A stretch of 61,623 bases of DNA from Chloroflexota bacterium (lineage in GTDB: Bacteria > Chloroflexota > UBA11872): NCBI GenBank assembly GCA_028874315.1, contig JAPPKM010000170.1, forward strand, positions 1 to 61,623. Direction: 5' to 3'. Under the pieces are notes generated by a model. That model made no database searches and had not been told where the DNA came from. It saw nothing but the letters and a program-made list of their open reading frames with translations. Made by a program: the position numbers and the translations under genes. This document shows positions 17,938 through 27,766 of the stretch, piece by piece. How positions within the stretch are numbered: position 1 is the first letter of the stretch; each line of letters opens with the position of its first letter.

Positions 17938-18270
17938 AGCGTAGGGGTTGCATGGCCTTCATGGCCGGTCCGACGGCTTCCGATCACCTTCGACTTTGCG
18001 ACGTCGGCGGTGGCCGCAACTGGCCCTCGCCGCGCGCGGGCGGTGTGTCGGGACGACGCAGCCGGGCGCTGATATTACGCGACGGATAGCTGGAATGAGC
18101 GGCGGCACCGTCCGTCCAACCAGTTCGTGAGCATTCGTTTCAATGCGGTCAAAGCTGCGTGGCCTAAACTTCCACGAGCCTGGGTGTGCGGTGGGCAGCC
18201 GCTGAATCCGCGGACTGGAGCGTGCGACGGATGAACGCTCCGGTGGCCGCGCCCCTGCCGACGTGAGCCG

Positions 18271-19131
18271 ATGACCACCACGTCCCCGCCCAAGTCCGTA
18301 CCCTCCCTGGCCGCGGTGATGCAGCGAGCGGGTGGCGAGAACTTTCCCGTGGCGTCGCGGCTGCTGCCGGGCCAGCTGCGCCGACACCTCCACAACATCT
18401 ACGGCTTCGCCCGCCTGACCGATCAACTGGGTGACTACGCCGAAGGCGACCGGCTGGCGTTACTGGACTGGCTGGATGGCGAAGTCGATGCCGTCTACAA
18501 CGGCGGCCTGCCCAGTCACGATGTGATGCGGCGCATCGTTCCGACGGTGGCGCGCTATGCGATTCCGGACGCGCCGTTCCGGGCACTCATCAACGCAAAT
18601 CGACAGGACCAACGCGTCACGCGCTACGCGACCTATGAGGAGCTGGCCGCCTACTGCGAACTCTCAGCCAACCCCGTCGGCCACCTGGTGCTGTACGTCT
18701 TCGAATCGGCCACGCCGGAACGGTTCTGGCTCTCGGACCTGATCTGCACGGCCCTGCAACTGACCGAGCACTGGCAGGACGTGGCCGAGGACCATGAAAT
18801 GGATCGGGTGTATCTGCCGCTGGAGGACCTGGACCGCTTCAACTGCCCGGTTGACGCCATTGCCCAGCGCCAGCCCACCAGCGAGTTCCGGGCGTTGATG
18901 CAGTTCGAGGTCGACCGCGCCTGGGATTTGTTCGATCGAGGCGCAACGCTGGTGCGGACGCTGCCGGGCGTGCGCGGCATGGCCATCGCGGCCTTCATCG
19001 AAGGCGGGCGCGCCGCCCTGCAGGCGATTCGCCAGGCGGACTACGACGTCCTCACGCAGTCGCCGCGTCCTCACGCACGGGCCAAAATCGGGGCGGCGCT
19101 GCGGGTCATGCGTGTCGCGCTGGACTGGTAG
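18271..19131 (+). CDS. hpnC: hydroxysqualene synthase (squalene synthase HpnC)
   Basis: Squalene/phytoene synthase fold. GGENFPVASRLLP...YGFARLTDQLGD is HpnC-like, and the gene is first in an hpnC-D-E-shc order. Confidence 0.8.
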   Translation: MTTTSPPKSVPSLAAVMQRAGGENFPVASRLLPGQLRRHLHNIYGFARLTDQLGDYAEGDRLALLDWLDGEVDAVYNGGLPSHDVMRRIVPTVARYAIPDAPFRALINANRQDQRVTRYATYEELAAYCELSANPVGHLVLYVFESATPERFWLSDLICTALQLTEHWQDVAEDHEMDRVYLPLEDLDRFNCPVDAIAQRQPTSEFRALMQFEVDRAWDLFDRGATLVRTLPGVRGMAIAAFIEGGRAALQAIRQADYDVLTQSPRPHARAKIGAALRVMRVALDW

Positions 19132-19134
19132 CCG

Positions 19135-19971
19135 ATGGATCCGGTCGCGGCCTACGCGCACTGCGAGCAGGTCACGCGCACCGAGGCCGGCAACTTCTAC
19201 TGGGGCATCCGTCTGCTGCCGGGGCCAAAACGGCGAGCGCTGTGCGCCGTCTACGCGCTGGCCCGCGAGATTGACGACATCGGCGACGGCGACCTGCCGA
19301 CGGAGGCCAAAACGAAGGCGCTAGGCGAGGCGCGGGAACGGCTGGCGGATATCGGACCGGACGCGGACCAACCGGTGCTTGCGGCGCTGGGGCACGCCTC
19401 GCAGCGGCTGCCGCTTCCGCTGGCGGCCTTTGCGGAGTTGATTGCCGGGGTGGAGATGGACGTGCGCGGCACGGTTTACGAGACGTTTGACGATCTCGTG
19501 ATCTACTGCCGCCGGGTGGCGGGCACTATTGGCCGGCTCTCGCTGGGCGTGTTCGGCGCCGAGAACATGGATCGCGCCGCACCGCTGGCCGACGCGCTGG
19601 GCGTGGCGCTGCAGCTCACCAACATCCTGCGAGACGTTCGTGAAGATTTCGAGAACGGCCGGGTCTATCTGCCCCGGGAGGACCTGGAGCGGTTTGACTG
19701 CACGCTGGACCCGGACGCTCCGCCCAGTCCCCGGTTCGCGGAGATGATGCGCTTTCAGACCAGCCGCGCCACGGATTGGTTTGACGAGGGGCTGCGGCTG
19801 CGGCCGATGCTGGATCCGCGCAGTTCCGCCTGCGCCGGTGCGATGGCGGGCATCTACCGCCGCCTGCTCCAGCGTATCGAGCAGGATCCGGCTGCCGTCA
19901 TGCGAGGCCGGGTGGCGCTGCCGGCCTGGGAGAAGGCGCTGGTGGCGGCACAGAGCCTGGCGGGCGGGTGA
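19135..19971 (+). CDS. hpnD: presqualene diphosphate synthase HpnD
   Basis: AGNFYWGIRLLPGPKRRALCAVYALAREIDDIGD and NILRDVREDFENGRVYLP motifs; 3 nt after hpnC. Confidence 0.8.
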   Translation: MDPVAAYAHCEQVTRTEAGNFYWGIRLLPGPKRRALCAVYALAREIDDIGDGDLPTEAKTKALGEARERLADIGPDADQPVLAALGHASQRLPLPLAAFAELIAGVEMDVRGTVYETFDDLVIYCRRVAGTIGRLSLGVFGAENMDRAAPLADALGVALQLTNILRDVREDFENGRVYLPREDLERFDCTLDPDAPPSPRFAEMMRFQTSRATDWFDEGLRLRPMLDPRSSACAGAMAGIYRRLLQRIEQDPAAVMRGRVALPAWEKALVAAQSLAGG

Positions 19972-21320
19972 GCGGCACGGGGGTCGTGGTAGCCGGCGGC
20001 GGCCTGGCCGGCATCAGCGCCGCCCTGGCGCTGGCGGATGCGGGCCTGGCCGTCACCCTGCTGGAAGCGCGCGGACGTCTGGGCGGGGCCACCTACTCGT
20101 TTCAGCGCGACGGGCTCTGGCTCGACAACGGCCAGCACGTCTTCCTGCGTTGCTGCACGGCCTACCGGGCTTTCGTGGACCGAATCGGCTCCGGCGACCT
20201 GGTGACCCTCCAGCGGCGGCTGGACATTCCCGTCATCCATCCTGAGCGAGGCGTCAGCCGCCTGGCGCGTTCTGACTTGCCCGCACCCCTGCACTTGAGC
20301 CGTAGCCTGGCGGCATACCGCCATCTGGGCCGACTGGACAAGCTACGGGTCGTCCGCTCGGCGGCGGCGCTGGCGCGGCTGGACCTGGGCGACCGGAGCC
20401 TGGATGCGCAGACATTTGGCCGATGGCTACACAGCTACGGCGTTTCGTCGCGGGCGCTCGAATCGTTCTGGGACCTGATCGTTCTTCCCACGCTGAATCT
20501 GCCCTCCCACGAGGCCTCGCTCTGGCAGAGCGCCATGGTGTTCCAGGTCGGGCTGCTGACGAGCGGGCCCGCCGCCGATCTCGGTTACGCAACGGCGCCG
20601 CTCGGCGAAGCGCACGGTGCGCGCGCGCTGGCGGCCCTTGAGGCCACCGGCGTCGACGTTCGACTTCACAGCGCGATATCGGGCGTTGAGCGATCGGCGG
20701 CCGACGGTGTCCAGGTATGCGTCGGCGCGCAGCAGATCCCGGCGTCGGCCCTGATCCTGGCCGTGCCGCACGAACAGGCCGCGCGACTGATTCCGGCGGA
20801 CGTTCACGCGAACGCCGAGGGCTTTGCGGACCTTGGGCACAACCCGATCGTCAACCTGCACGTGATTTACGACCAGCGCGTGATGGATCACGCGTTTGCC
20901 GCCGGCGTGGGGACGCCGGTGCAGTGGGTGTTTGACCGCAGCGCCGCGGCGGGCTTGACTATGGGTCAGTGTCTGGCCGTTTCGCTTTCGGGCGCCACGG
21001 CATATGCCGCGCGCCCGACCGAGGAGTTGCGCGCGATGTTTCTTCCCGAACTCGCGCGGCTGTTTCCCACGGCCGCCGAGGCCAGCGTGAACGGGTTCTA
21101 CGTCACGCGAGAACACCGGGCCACTTTTCGACCGTCGCCCGGCACGCTGCGGCTGCGGCCGCGCGCGACCACCGCCGACCCGCGCATCGCGCTGGCCGGC
21201 GCCTGGACCGACACCGGCTGGCCGGCCACGATGGAGGGGGCCGTACGCAGCGGACGCCAGGCGGCCCGCAGTGTGCTGCTGGCCCTTGGCCGCGAACGTC
21301 ATCTGCCGACGGCCGCATGA
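19968..21320 (+). CDS. hpnE: hydroxysqualene dehydroxylase HpnE (FAD-dependent amine-oxidase fold)
   Basis: VVVAGGGLAGISAALALADAG dinucleotide motif; overlaps the hpnD stop (GTGA) and the shc start (ATGA). Confidence 0.8.
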   Translation: MSGTGVVVAGGGLAGISAALALADAGLAVTLLEARGRLGGATYSFQRDGLWLDNGQHVFLRCCTAYRAFVDRIGSGDLVTLQRRLDIPVIHPERGVSRLARSDLPAPLHLSRSLAAYRHLGRLDKLRVVRSAAALARLDLGDRSLDAQTFGRWLHSYGVSSRALESFWDLIVLPTLNLPSHEASLWQSAMVFQVGLLTSGPAADLGYATAPLGEAHGARALAALEATGVDVRLHSAISGVERSAADGVQVCVGAQQIPASALILAVPHEQAARLIPADVHANAEGFADLGHNPIVNLHVIYDQRVMDHAFAAGVGTPVQWVFDRSAAAGLTMGQCLAVSLSGATAYAARPTEELRAMFLPELARLFPTAAEASVNGFYVTREHRATFRPSPGTLRLRPRATTADPRIALAGAWTDTGWPATMEGAVRSGRQAARSVLLALGRERHLPTAA

Positions 21321-23212
21321 GCGTCGAGGTTTCCGCGCGTCCCAACGCGCTGGCCAACGCCATCGAGCGAGCGCGACGTCACCTGCTGGGCTTACAGCAC
21401 CCCGAGGGCTGGTGGAAGGGCGAGCTCGAAAGCAACGTCACCATCGAGGCCGAGGATCTGTTCCTGCGGCGCTACCTGGGCATCCTGGATGCCGGTACGA
21501 CTGAGCGAACCGCCCGCTGGATTCGCTCGCGCCGCCAAACGGACGGAACCTGGGCCAACTTCCACGGCGGCCCGCCCGATCTGCACACCACCACCGAGGC
21601 CTACGTCGCGCTGCGGCTGGCGGGCGATCAGCCCGACGACGCGCCCATGCGGCAGACCGCCGCCTGGGTCCGGGCGCAGGGCGGCGTGGAGGCGACCCGC
21701 ACCTTCACGCGTTTCTGGTTTGCGCTCAACGGCTGGTGGCCCTGGGACGACGTACCCGCCATGCCGCCGGAGGTCATGCTGCTCCCGCCCTGGTGGCCGC
21801 TCAACATCTACGACTTTGCCTGCTGGGCGCGCCAGACCTACGTGGCGCTGACGATCATCCGCTCCCACGAGCCCGTGTGTCCCGCGCCGTTTCCGATCGA
21901 CGAACTACGTACGCACTGCATGCCGCCGATGGACCAATCGCTTCTGACCTGGACGGGGATCTTCAACTATGTCGACCGATCGCTCCGCTGGTACCAGCAG
22001 CGTCCACTTGGCTGGTTGCGCAAGGCGGCGCTGAGCCGCGCCGAGGCCTGGATCGTGCGGCGGCAGGAACGCGACGGTTCCTGGGGCGGCATCCAGCCGG
22101 CCTGGGTTAACTCGATCATTGCGCTCACGCTGCGCGGCTATCCGCTGGACCACCCGATGATCGCGCGCGCCCTGAAGGGACTGGACAGTTTCACGATTGA
22201 CGACGGTCACACCCGCCGGCTGGAAGCCTGTCAGGGACCGGTGTGGGACACCGCGATGGCCATCGAGGCGCTCAACGACGCCGGCACGCCGGGCGACGAT
22301 GCCCGCCTCATTCAGGCGGCGGACTGGCTGCTGGACCAGGAAGTGCGCGTGAAAGGCGACTGGAGCGTCCGGCGGCCCCACCTCGCGCCCGCAGGCTGGG
22401 CCTTCGAGTTCGCCAACGACAACTATCCCGACGTCGACGACACCGCTGAAGTCGGGCTGGCGCTGCGGCGGGTCGACCATCCCGATCCCGACCGTGTCGA
22501 CGCCGCGCTGATTCGGGCGCGTGGCTGGATCGAAGGCATGCAATCGCGCAACGGCGGCTGGGGCGCCTTCGACGCCGATAACACCAACACGCTGTGCCGC
22601 CGGCCGTCGTTCCGCGACTTTGGCGAGGTCATCGACCCGCCGGCGGCGGACGTGTCCGCGCGCGCGCTGCACTTCTTGGCGCAAGAGGACGCCCTGGACA
22701 CCGAAACGGCGCAACGAGGCCTGGCCTGGGTGCGAGCCGAGCAGGAAACCGACGGCTCCTGGTTCGGGCGGTGGGGCGCCAATCACATCTACGGGCTAAG
22801 CGTCGTGGTTCCCGCCCTGGTCGCCGCGGGGACGCCGGCGAACGATCCGGCGCTCCGTCGCGCCGTCGCCTGGCTGGAAGCCCACCAAAACGCCGACGGC
22901 GGCTGGGGCGAGGACTTGCGCTCGTATAGCGACCCGGCCTGGATCGGTCGCGGCGCCAGCACCGCCTCCCAGACGGCCTGGGCCCTGCTGGCCCTGCTGG
23001 AGGCGGACGCCGAATCCCCGGCAATCCAACCCGGCGTTGAGTACCTGATTCGCACCCAACGCGAGGACGGAAACTGGAACGAAGACCTCTACACCGGCAC
23101 CGGCTTCCCGGGCGCCTTCTACATCAACTATCACCTCTATCGGCTGCTGTTTCCGTTGAAGGCACTCGGCCGGTATGCCAGGAACGTGGGGCGGGACGAG
23201 GACGGCATGTGA
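21317..23212 (+). CDS. shc: squalene-hopene cyclase
   Basis: Internal ATG at 21317. Repeated QW-type motifs (QxxDGxW/GGWG: RQTDGTW, RQERDGSWGG, QSRNGGWGAF, EQETDGSWFGRWG, QNADGGWGED, QREDGNW) and DVDDTAEV (DxDD) catalytic motif. Confidence 0.9.
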   Translation: MSVEVSARPNALANAIERARRHLLGLQHPEGWWKGELESNVTIEAEDLFLRRYLGILDAGTTERTARWIRSRRQTDGTWANFHGGPPDLHTTTEAYVALRLAGDQPDDAPMRQTAAWVRAQGGVEATRTFTRFWFALNGWWPWDDVPAMPPEVMLLPPWWPLNIYDFACWARQTYVALTIIRSHEPVCPAPFPIDELRTHCMPPMDQSLLTWTGIFNYVDRSLRWYQQRPLGWLRKAALSRAEAWIVRRQERDGSWGGIQPAWVNSIIALTLRGYPLDHPMIARALKGLDSFTIDDGHTRRLEACQGPVWDTAMAIEALNDAGTPGDDARLIQAADWLLDQEVRVKGDWSVRRPHLAPAGWAFEFANDNYPDVDDTAEVGLALRRVDHPDPDRVDAALIRARGWIEGMQSRNGGWGAFDADNTNTLCRRPSFRDFGEVIDPPAADVSARALHFLAQEDALDTETAQRGLAWVRAEQETDGSWFGRWGANHIYGLSVVVPALVAAGTPANDPALRRAVAWLEAHQNADGGWGEDLRSYSDPAWIGRGASTASQTAWALLALLEADAESPAIQPGVEYLIRTQREDGNWNEDLYTGTGFPGAFYINYHLYRLLFPLKALGRYARNVGRDEDGM

Positions 23213-23306
23213 CGGCGGGAACGCCCCGGGAACAGCTGTTGACGACACACTTGGCGCCCCTTGCGCCCGCGAAGTCTCAGCATTGCCAGGGCCAAGAGAC
23301 ATACCT

Positions 23307-23315
23307 TGGTATAAT
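23307..23315 (+). promoter_or_regulatory. extended -10 promoter element (TGGTATAAT) for a probably leaderless mazE-like mRNA
   Basis: TGnTATAAT at 23307-23315, with the ATG of the antitoxin gene at 23322, only 6 nt after the hexamer, and no RBS in between. Confidence 0.4.
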
Positions 23316-23321
23316 CAGGGT

Positions 23322-23558
23322 ATGAAAACGGCCATTTCACTGCCGGACGAACTCTTCGAGGCGGCCGACGCGCTGGCCGCGGAACTCGGCGTGTCGCGCA
23401 GCAAGCTGTATGCCACCGCCGTCGCCGAGTATCTCGATCGGCGCCGTGATGAACGCATCACGGAACTGCTGGACGAGGTCTATCGTGGGCAGCCAAGTCA
23501 GTTGGCGCCCGAACTGCGCCGCATGCAGGGGCGCAGTCTCGCGGCTGACGAGTGGTAG
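23322..23558 (+). CDS. ribbon-helix-helix (CopG/MazE-like) antitoxin
   Basis: 78 aa, MKTAISLPDELFEAADALAAELGVSRSKLYATAVAEYL (RHH); overlaps the MazF-like gene by 7 nt. Confidence 0.7.
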   Translation: MKTAISLPDELFEAADALAAELGVSRSKLYATAVAEYLDRRRDERITELLDEVYRGQPSQLAPELRRMQGRSLAADEW

Positions 23559-23896
23559 TCGAGCGGGGTGGCATCTGGTGGGCAGAACTGAACGAGCCGC
23601 GAGGATCCGAGCCTGGGTTTCGACGTCCCGTGCTCATCGTGCAGGCGGAGGCATTCAACCGTAGCCGGCTTCGAACGGTTCTGGGGCTGGCGCTGACGAC
23701 AAATCTGCGCCTCGCCGCCGCTCCCGGGAATGTCCTGCTTTCGGCGTCGGATTCCGGACTTCCTCGACCTTCCGTGGTCAACGTGACGCAACTGATGACC
23801 GTGGACCGCGCCTTTCTCTCGGAATTCGTTGGTCGGGTGCCACCCCGACTGATGGCGCGTATTGACGACGGCCTACGTCTGGTTCTTGGCCTCTAG
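23552..23896 (+). CDS. mazF: MazF/PemK-family endoribonuclease toxin
   Basis: 114 aa; RGGIWWAELNEPRGSEPGFRRPVLIVQ is the canonical MazF/PemK N-terminus. Confidence 0.85.
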   Translation: MVVERGGIWWAELNEPRGSEPGFRRPVLIVQAEAFNRSRLRTVLGLALTTNLRLAAAPGNVLLSASDSGLPRPSVVNVTQLMTVDRAFLSEFVGRVPPRLMARIDDGLRLVLGL

Positions 23897-23963
23897 GACT
23901 CTGGACGCCTGCGTACTCCCGTCGTAGGTTTGGCGGCCGCCTCTTGAAGGTGAACGGTTTTTC

Positions 23964-24974
23964 ATGGGCGTTCCGCTGCGTCAGAGCCTGGCGGTGGGGT
24001 GGTATCTCTTCCGTCAGCGCCTGCAGGGGCGGGAGAAGTTCCCGTTGATCGTGGAACTCGAGCCGCTCTATGCCTGCAACCTGGCCTGCGAGGGCTGCGG
24101 CAAGATTCAGCATCCGACCGAGACGCTGCGACGGCGCATGCCGGTGGAGCAGGCCCTGGCGGCGATCGAGGAGAGCGGCGCGCCGATGGTTTCCATCGCC
24201 GGCGGCGAGCCGCTGATCCACCCCGAGATCGACCGGATTGCCGAGGAACTGGTGCGCCGGCGCAAGTTCGTGTACCTGTGCACCAACGCGATCATGCTGG
24301 AGCAAAAGCTGCATCTGTTCACGCCGTCGCCCTACTTCGCGTTCGCCATTCACCTGGACGGCCTTCAGGAGCGGCACGACCAGTCCGTGGCTCGCGACGG
24401 CGTGTTTGACGTCGCCGTCGCCGCCATTCGGGCGGCCCAGCAGGCCGGCTTTCGCGTGACGACCAACACGACGTTCTTCACGCACGATTCCGCGAAGGAC
24501 GTGCGCGCCGTGCTGGACTTCCTGAACGACGAGTTGGAAGTCGACAGCATGATGATTTCGCCGGGCTACGCCTATGAGAAGGCGCCCGACCAGGACCACT
24601 TTCTACCCGTCGATCGCACCCGGGCCGTCTTCAGCGAGGCCTTTTCCGATGGGCGGCGCGATCGCTGGCGCCTGAACCACAGCCCGCGGTTCCTGGATTT
24701 CCTTGAGGGCAAGGTCGACTACCAGTGCACGGCCTGGGGTATCCCCAGCTACTCCATCTTCGGCTGGCAGCGGCCTTGTTACCTGATGGCCGACGGCTAC
24801 GCGGAGTCGTACGCGGAGCTGCTGGAAACCACAGACTGGGATGCCTACGGCCGCGGCAGAGATCCGCGCTGCGCCAACTGCATGGCTCACTGCGGGTATG
24901 AGCCGACGGCAGTGCTCGATACCGCGACCTCGGCCAGGGAATCGGTTCGCGCCCTGGCCGCTGCGCTGCGCTAG
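23964..24974 (+). CDS. hpnH: adenosyl-hopene transferase (radical SAM)
   Basis: 336 aa; LEPLYACNLACEGCGKIQHP radical-SAM CxxxCxxC cluster and an HpnH-like N-terminus; adjacent to shc. Confidence 0.85.
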   Translation: MGVPLRQSLAVGWYLFRQRLQGREKFPLIVELEPLYACNLACEGCGKIQHPTETLRRRMPVEQALAAIEESGAPMVSIAGGEPLIHPEIDRIAEELVRRRKFVYLCTNAIMLEQKLHLFTPSPYFAFAIHLDGLQERHDQSVARDGVFDVAVAAIRAAQQAGFRVTTNTTFFTHDSAKDVRAVLDFLNDELEVDSMMISPGYAYEKAPDQDHFLPVDRTRAVFSEAFSDGRRDRWRLNHSPRFLDFLEGKVDYQCTAWGIPSYSIFGWQRPCYLMADGYAESYAELLETTDWDAYGRGRDPRCANCMAHCGYEPTAVLDTATSARESVRALAAALR

Positions 24975-24983
24975 GGTGCCCGC

Positions 24984-25736
24984 CTAGCCAAACCAGCGCT
25001 CCAGTCGTCCGTACAGGCCGGGCAGCGTGGCCTGCAACCAGATTGGAATCCGTAGCCAGCCAGGAACCACGACGTCCGATTGCTCGCGGGCAATGGCCCG
25101 CACGATGGCCTGCGCCACACGCTCCGGCGGCATCGGTCGCGGCCATCTTCGGTCGTAGGCCGCGCCGCGCCGCTCGAAGAAGGACGTCCGCACCACGCCC
25201 GGAATGACCACCGTCACTCCAACGCCGGTGTTCGTGAGTTCGGCGTCCAGGGCACGGCTGAAGACCACGAGCGCGCCTTTGGTCGCGCTATACACCGTTT
25301 CGTTGGGCACGCCCAGACGACCCGCAATTGAGGCGACATTCACCACGCGACCTCGATCACGCTGCCGCATGCCGGGTAGCACCGCCGTCGTCAGCGCAAT
25401 AGGAGCGCGAACGTTGACGTCGATCAGCCGGTCGATTTCCTCCGCGCGGTGCTGGTCCAGCGGTCCAAAGCGCCCTGACCCGGCACAGTTGACCAGGATG
25501 TCGACCGGCGCAAGGTCGGGCAGCGAATGTTCCACGAATCGCTGAAGCGCGTCCGCTGATTTCAGGTCGACCTTCAGAACGGTGGCGCCGGTGGCCGTCG
25601 CGAGCGAGCGAAGGGCCGGCATGTCCCGGCCAAGTCCGACGACCTGTGCGCCGGCCTGGGTTAGGGCAATGGCGACGGCGCGTCCGATCCCGCTGCTGGC
25701 GCCCGAAACGAGAGCCGTGGAGTCAGCGATTTCCAT
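24984..25736 (-). CDS. SDR-family oxidoreductase
   Basis: 250 aa; ALVSGASSGIGRAVA, NCAGSG, YSATKGAL (YxxxK) motifs. Confidence 0.8.
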   Translation of the reverse strand: MEIADSTALVSGASSGIGRAVAIALTQAGAQVVGLGRDMPALRSLATATGATVLKVDLKSADALQRFVEHSLPDLAPVDILVNCAGSGRFGPLDQHRAEEIDRLIDVNVRAPIALTTAVLPGMRQRDRGRVVNVASIAGRLGVPNETVYSATKGALVVFSRALDAELTNTGVGVTVVIPGVVRTSFFERRGAAYDRRWPRPMPPERVAQAIVRAIAREQSDVVVPGWLRIPIWLQATLPGLYGRLERWFG

Positions 25737-25851
25737 GCCAGGTAGATGATTCGCTGCAGGCGGAGCGGGGGCGCAAGTATTGCGCGAATCCCGGTTCGGC
25801 GGCAGTATCGATTAGCGCCCGCGGCTCGGGTGCTTGTACAAGGAGTGCGTG

Positions 25852-27717
25852 GTGGACCGCATACTCGACCGGATTGCGGATCCAGCGGATCTGCGCGCCC
25901 TGACGGACGCGGAGCTTGACCGGCTATCCGCCGAAATCCGTCGGCTCGTCATCGACACGGTTGACGCCAACGGCGGCCACCTGGCCAGCAACCTCGGGGT
26001 CGTTGAAATCACCCTGGCGCTGCACCGTGTGCTCGAGAGTCCCAAGGACAAGATTGTCTGGGACACGAGCAACCAGACCTACCCGCACAAATTGGTGACA
26101 GGTCGTGTCGCCGACTTTCCAACGCTGCGGAAACCAGGCGGCTTGTCCGGGTTCGCCGCGCGTGAAGAGAGCCCGCACGACGTGATGGGCGCCGGGCACG
26201 CCGGCACCGGAGTTTCCGCGGGCGTGGGAATCGCGGTGGCCAGCCAGCTACGGGGCGAAACGTCGGCCACTGTCGCCGTCATCGGCGACGGCTCATTCAC
26301 GTCAGGCGTGGTGTTCGAAGCCCTCAACCAGGCCGGCGACCTCGGATTGCCGTTTGTCGTACTCCTGAACGACAACGGAATGTCCATCTCGCCAAACGTC
26401 GGCGCATTGAGCCGCAACATGGGTCGCGGACGCGACACCTGGCAGCCGGACGATCCCGAGGCCCAGGCACGCTTCACCGCGACCCAGATGGCTACGCGGC
26501 CAACCGAACCCTATGCCGACGCGGCCGACTTTTGCGCGGCATTCGGATTCGAGTACGTCGGACCTGTGGACGGCCATGACCGACCGGAACTAGAGAACGT
26601 CATTCGCGCCGCCGTGGAACGCCGGCGTCCCGTGCTGATCCACGCCTTTACGCGCAAGGGCAAGGGTCTGCCCGCGGCCGAGGCCGATCCGGTGACGCTG
26701 CATCAGCCCGGCACCGCGCAGGCGGTTGGGGCCGCCAACGCCACAAGCTACAGCAAGGTGTTGGCCCGCACGCTGACCGATCTGGCCCACGAGGATGACC
26801 GGATCGTGACCATCAGCGCGGCGATGTGCGAGGGCACCGCCCTGGCCGACATGCAGCGCGAGCTTCCGGAGCGGGTCTTCGACGTTGGTATCGCCGAGGG
26901 CCACGCCGTGGCCATGGCCGCCGGGCTGGCCACGCAGGGGCTGCGGCCCGTGGTCTGTATCTACAGCACCTTCCTGCAGCGGGCATTCGACCAGATCGTG
27001 CACGACGTAGCCATCCAGAACCTGCCGGTGATCCTGGGCGTGGATCGAGCCGGGATCGTGGGCGACGATGGTCGTACGCACCACGGGGTGCTGGACCTGG
27101 CGTACTTGCGCGCGATCCCCAACTTCGTCGTCGCGGCGCCCAGGGACGAGGACGAGCTGCGCCACCTGTTCCGCACGGCGTTGGACAGCGACCGGCCGTT
27201 TGCGATCCGCTACTCGCGCGGCTCAGGCGTCGGCGTTCCGCTCCAGGGTCCGCCCCGCGTGCTGCCGATCGGCCGCGCCGAAATGCTGCGCGACGGCTCC
27301 GATGTGGCCCTGCTGGCCGTTGGTTGGGGTGTCGCGCCCGCCATGGAAGCCGCCGAGCGGCTCGAGCGACTGGGCGTCCAGGCCGCGGTCGTCAATGCCC
27401 GCTTCGTGAAGCCGCTGGACCGAGAGTTGATCTGCGAGCTTGCCGCCCGCACCCGGTCCGTCATCACGGTCGAAGATCACAACTTGATGGGCGGCTTCGG
27501 CAGCGCCGTGGTGGAGTTGCTGGCCGACAACGATTTGGGCGACGTGCAGGTTCGCCGGATCGCCATGCCCGACATGTTCCACGAGCACGGGCCGGCCGAC
27601 AGCATTCGGGCCGCGCACGGCGTCAGTGCGTCCGGCATCGTCGACGCGGCCTGCGCCCTCACAAGTCACGCGATCGCGGTTCGGATTGACGCGGGACGCC
27701 TGATCGTCGGCTCCTGA
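25852..27717 (+). CDS. dxs: 1-deoxy-D-xylulose-5-phosphate synthase
   Basis: GGHLASNLGVVE, GDGSFTSGV, AEGHAV transketolase-like motifs. Start placed at GTG 25852, 6 nt after AAGGAG (the track ORF begins at TTG 25834). Confidence 0.9.
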   Translation: MDRILDRIADPADLRALTDAELDRLSAEIRRLVIDTVDANGGHLASNLGVVEITLALHRVLESPKDKIVWDTSNQTYPHKLVTGRVADFPTLRKPGGLSGFAAREESPHDVMGAGHAGTGVSAGVGIAVASQLRGETSATVAVIGDGSFTSGVVFEALNQAGDLGLPFVVLLNDNGMSISPNVGALSRNMGRGRDTWQPDDPEAQARFTATQMATRPTEPYADAADFCAAFGFEYVGPVDGHDRPELENVIRAAVERRRPVLIHAFTRKGKGLPAAEADPVTLHQPGTAQAVGAANATSYSKVLARTLTDLAHEDDRIVTISAAMCEGTALADMQRELPERVFDVGIAEGHAVAMAAGLATQGLRPVVCIYSTFLQRAFDQIVHDVAIQNLPVILGVDRAGIVGDDGRTHHGVLDLAYLRAIPNFVVAAPRDEDELRHLFRTALDSDRPFAIRYSRGSGVGVPLQGPPRVLPIGRAEMLRDGSDVALLAVGWGVAPAMEAAERLERLGVQAAVVNARFVKPLDRELICELAARTRSVITVEDHNLMGGFGSAVVELLADNDLGDVQVRRIAMPDMFHEHGPADSIRAAHGVSASGIVDAACALTSHAIAVRIDAGRLIVGS

Positions 27718-27766
27718 GGCGGACCCCCTGGGCTTCCTGACAGCGGGGAAGATTCCAGCCCCCGAG

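Noticed and set aside
16462-18072. 536-aa plus-strand ORF spanning pgk and gap on the opposite strand.
   Set aside because: It is antisense to two textbook glycolytic genes and has no motifs.
17938-18270. 333-nt non-coding region between gap and hpnC that might hold a riboswitch or sRNA.
   Set aside because: I recognised no conserved riboswitch core, and only generic GC-rich pairing is possible. A covariance-model scan (Rfam) would be decisive.
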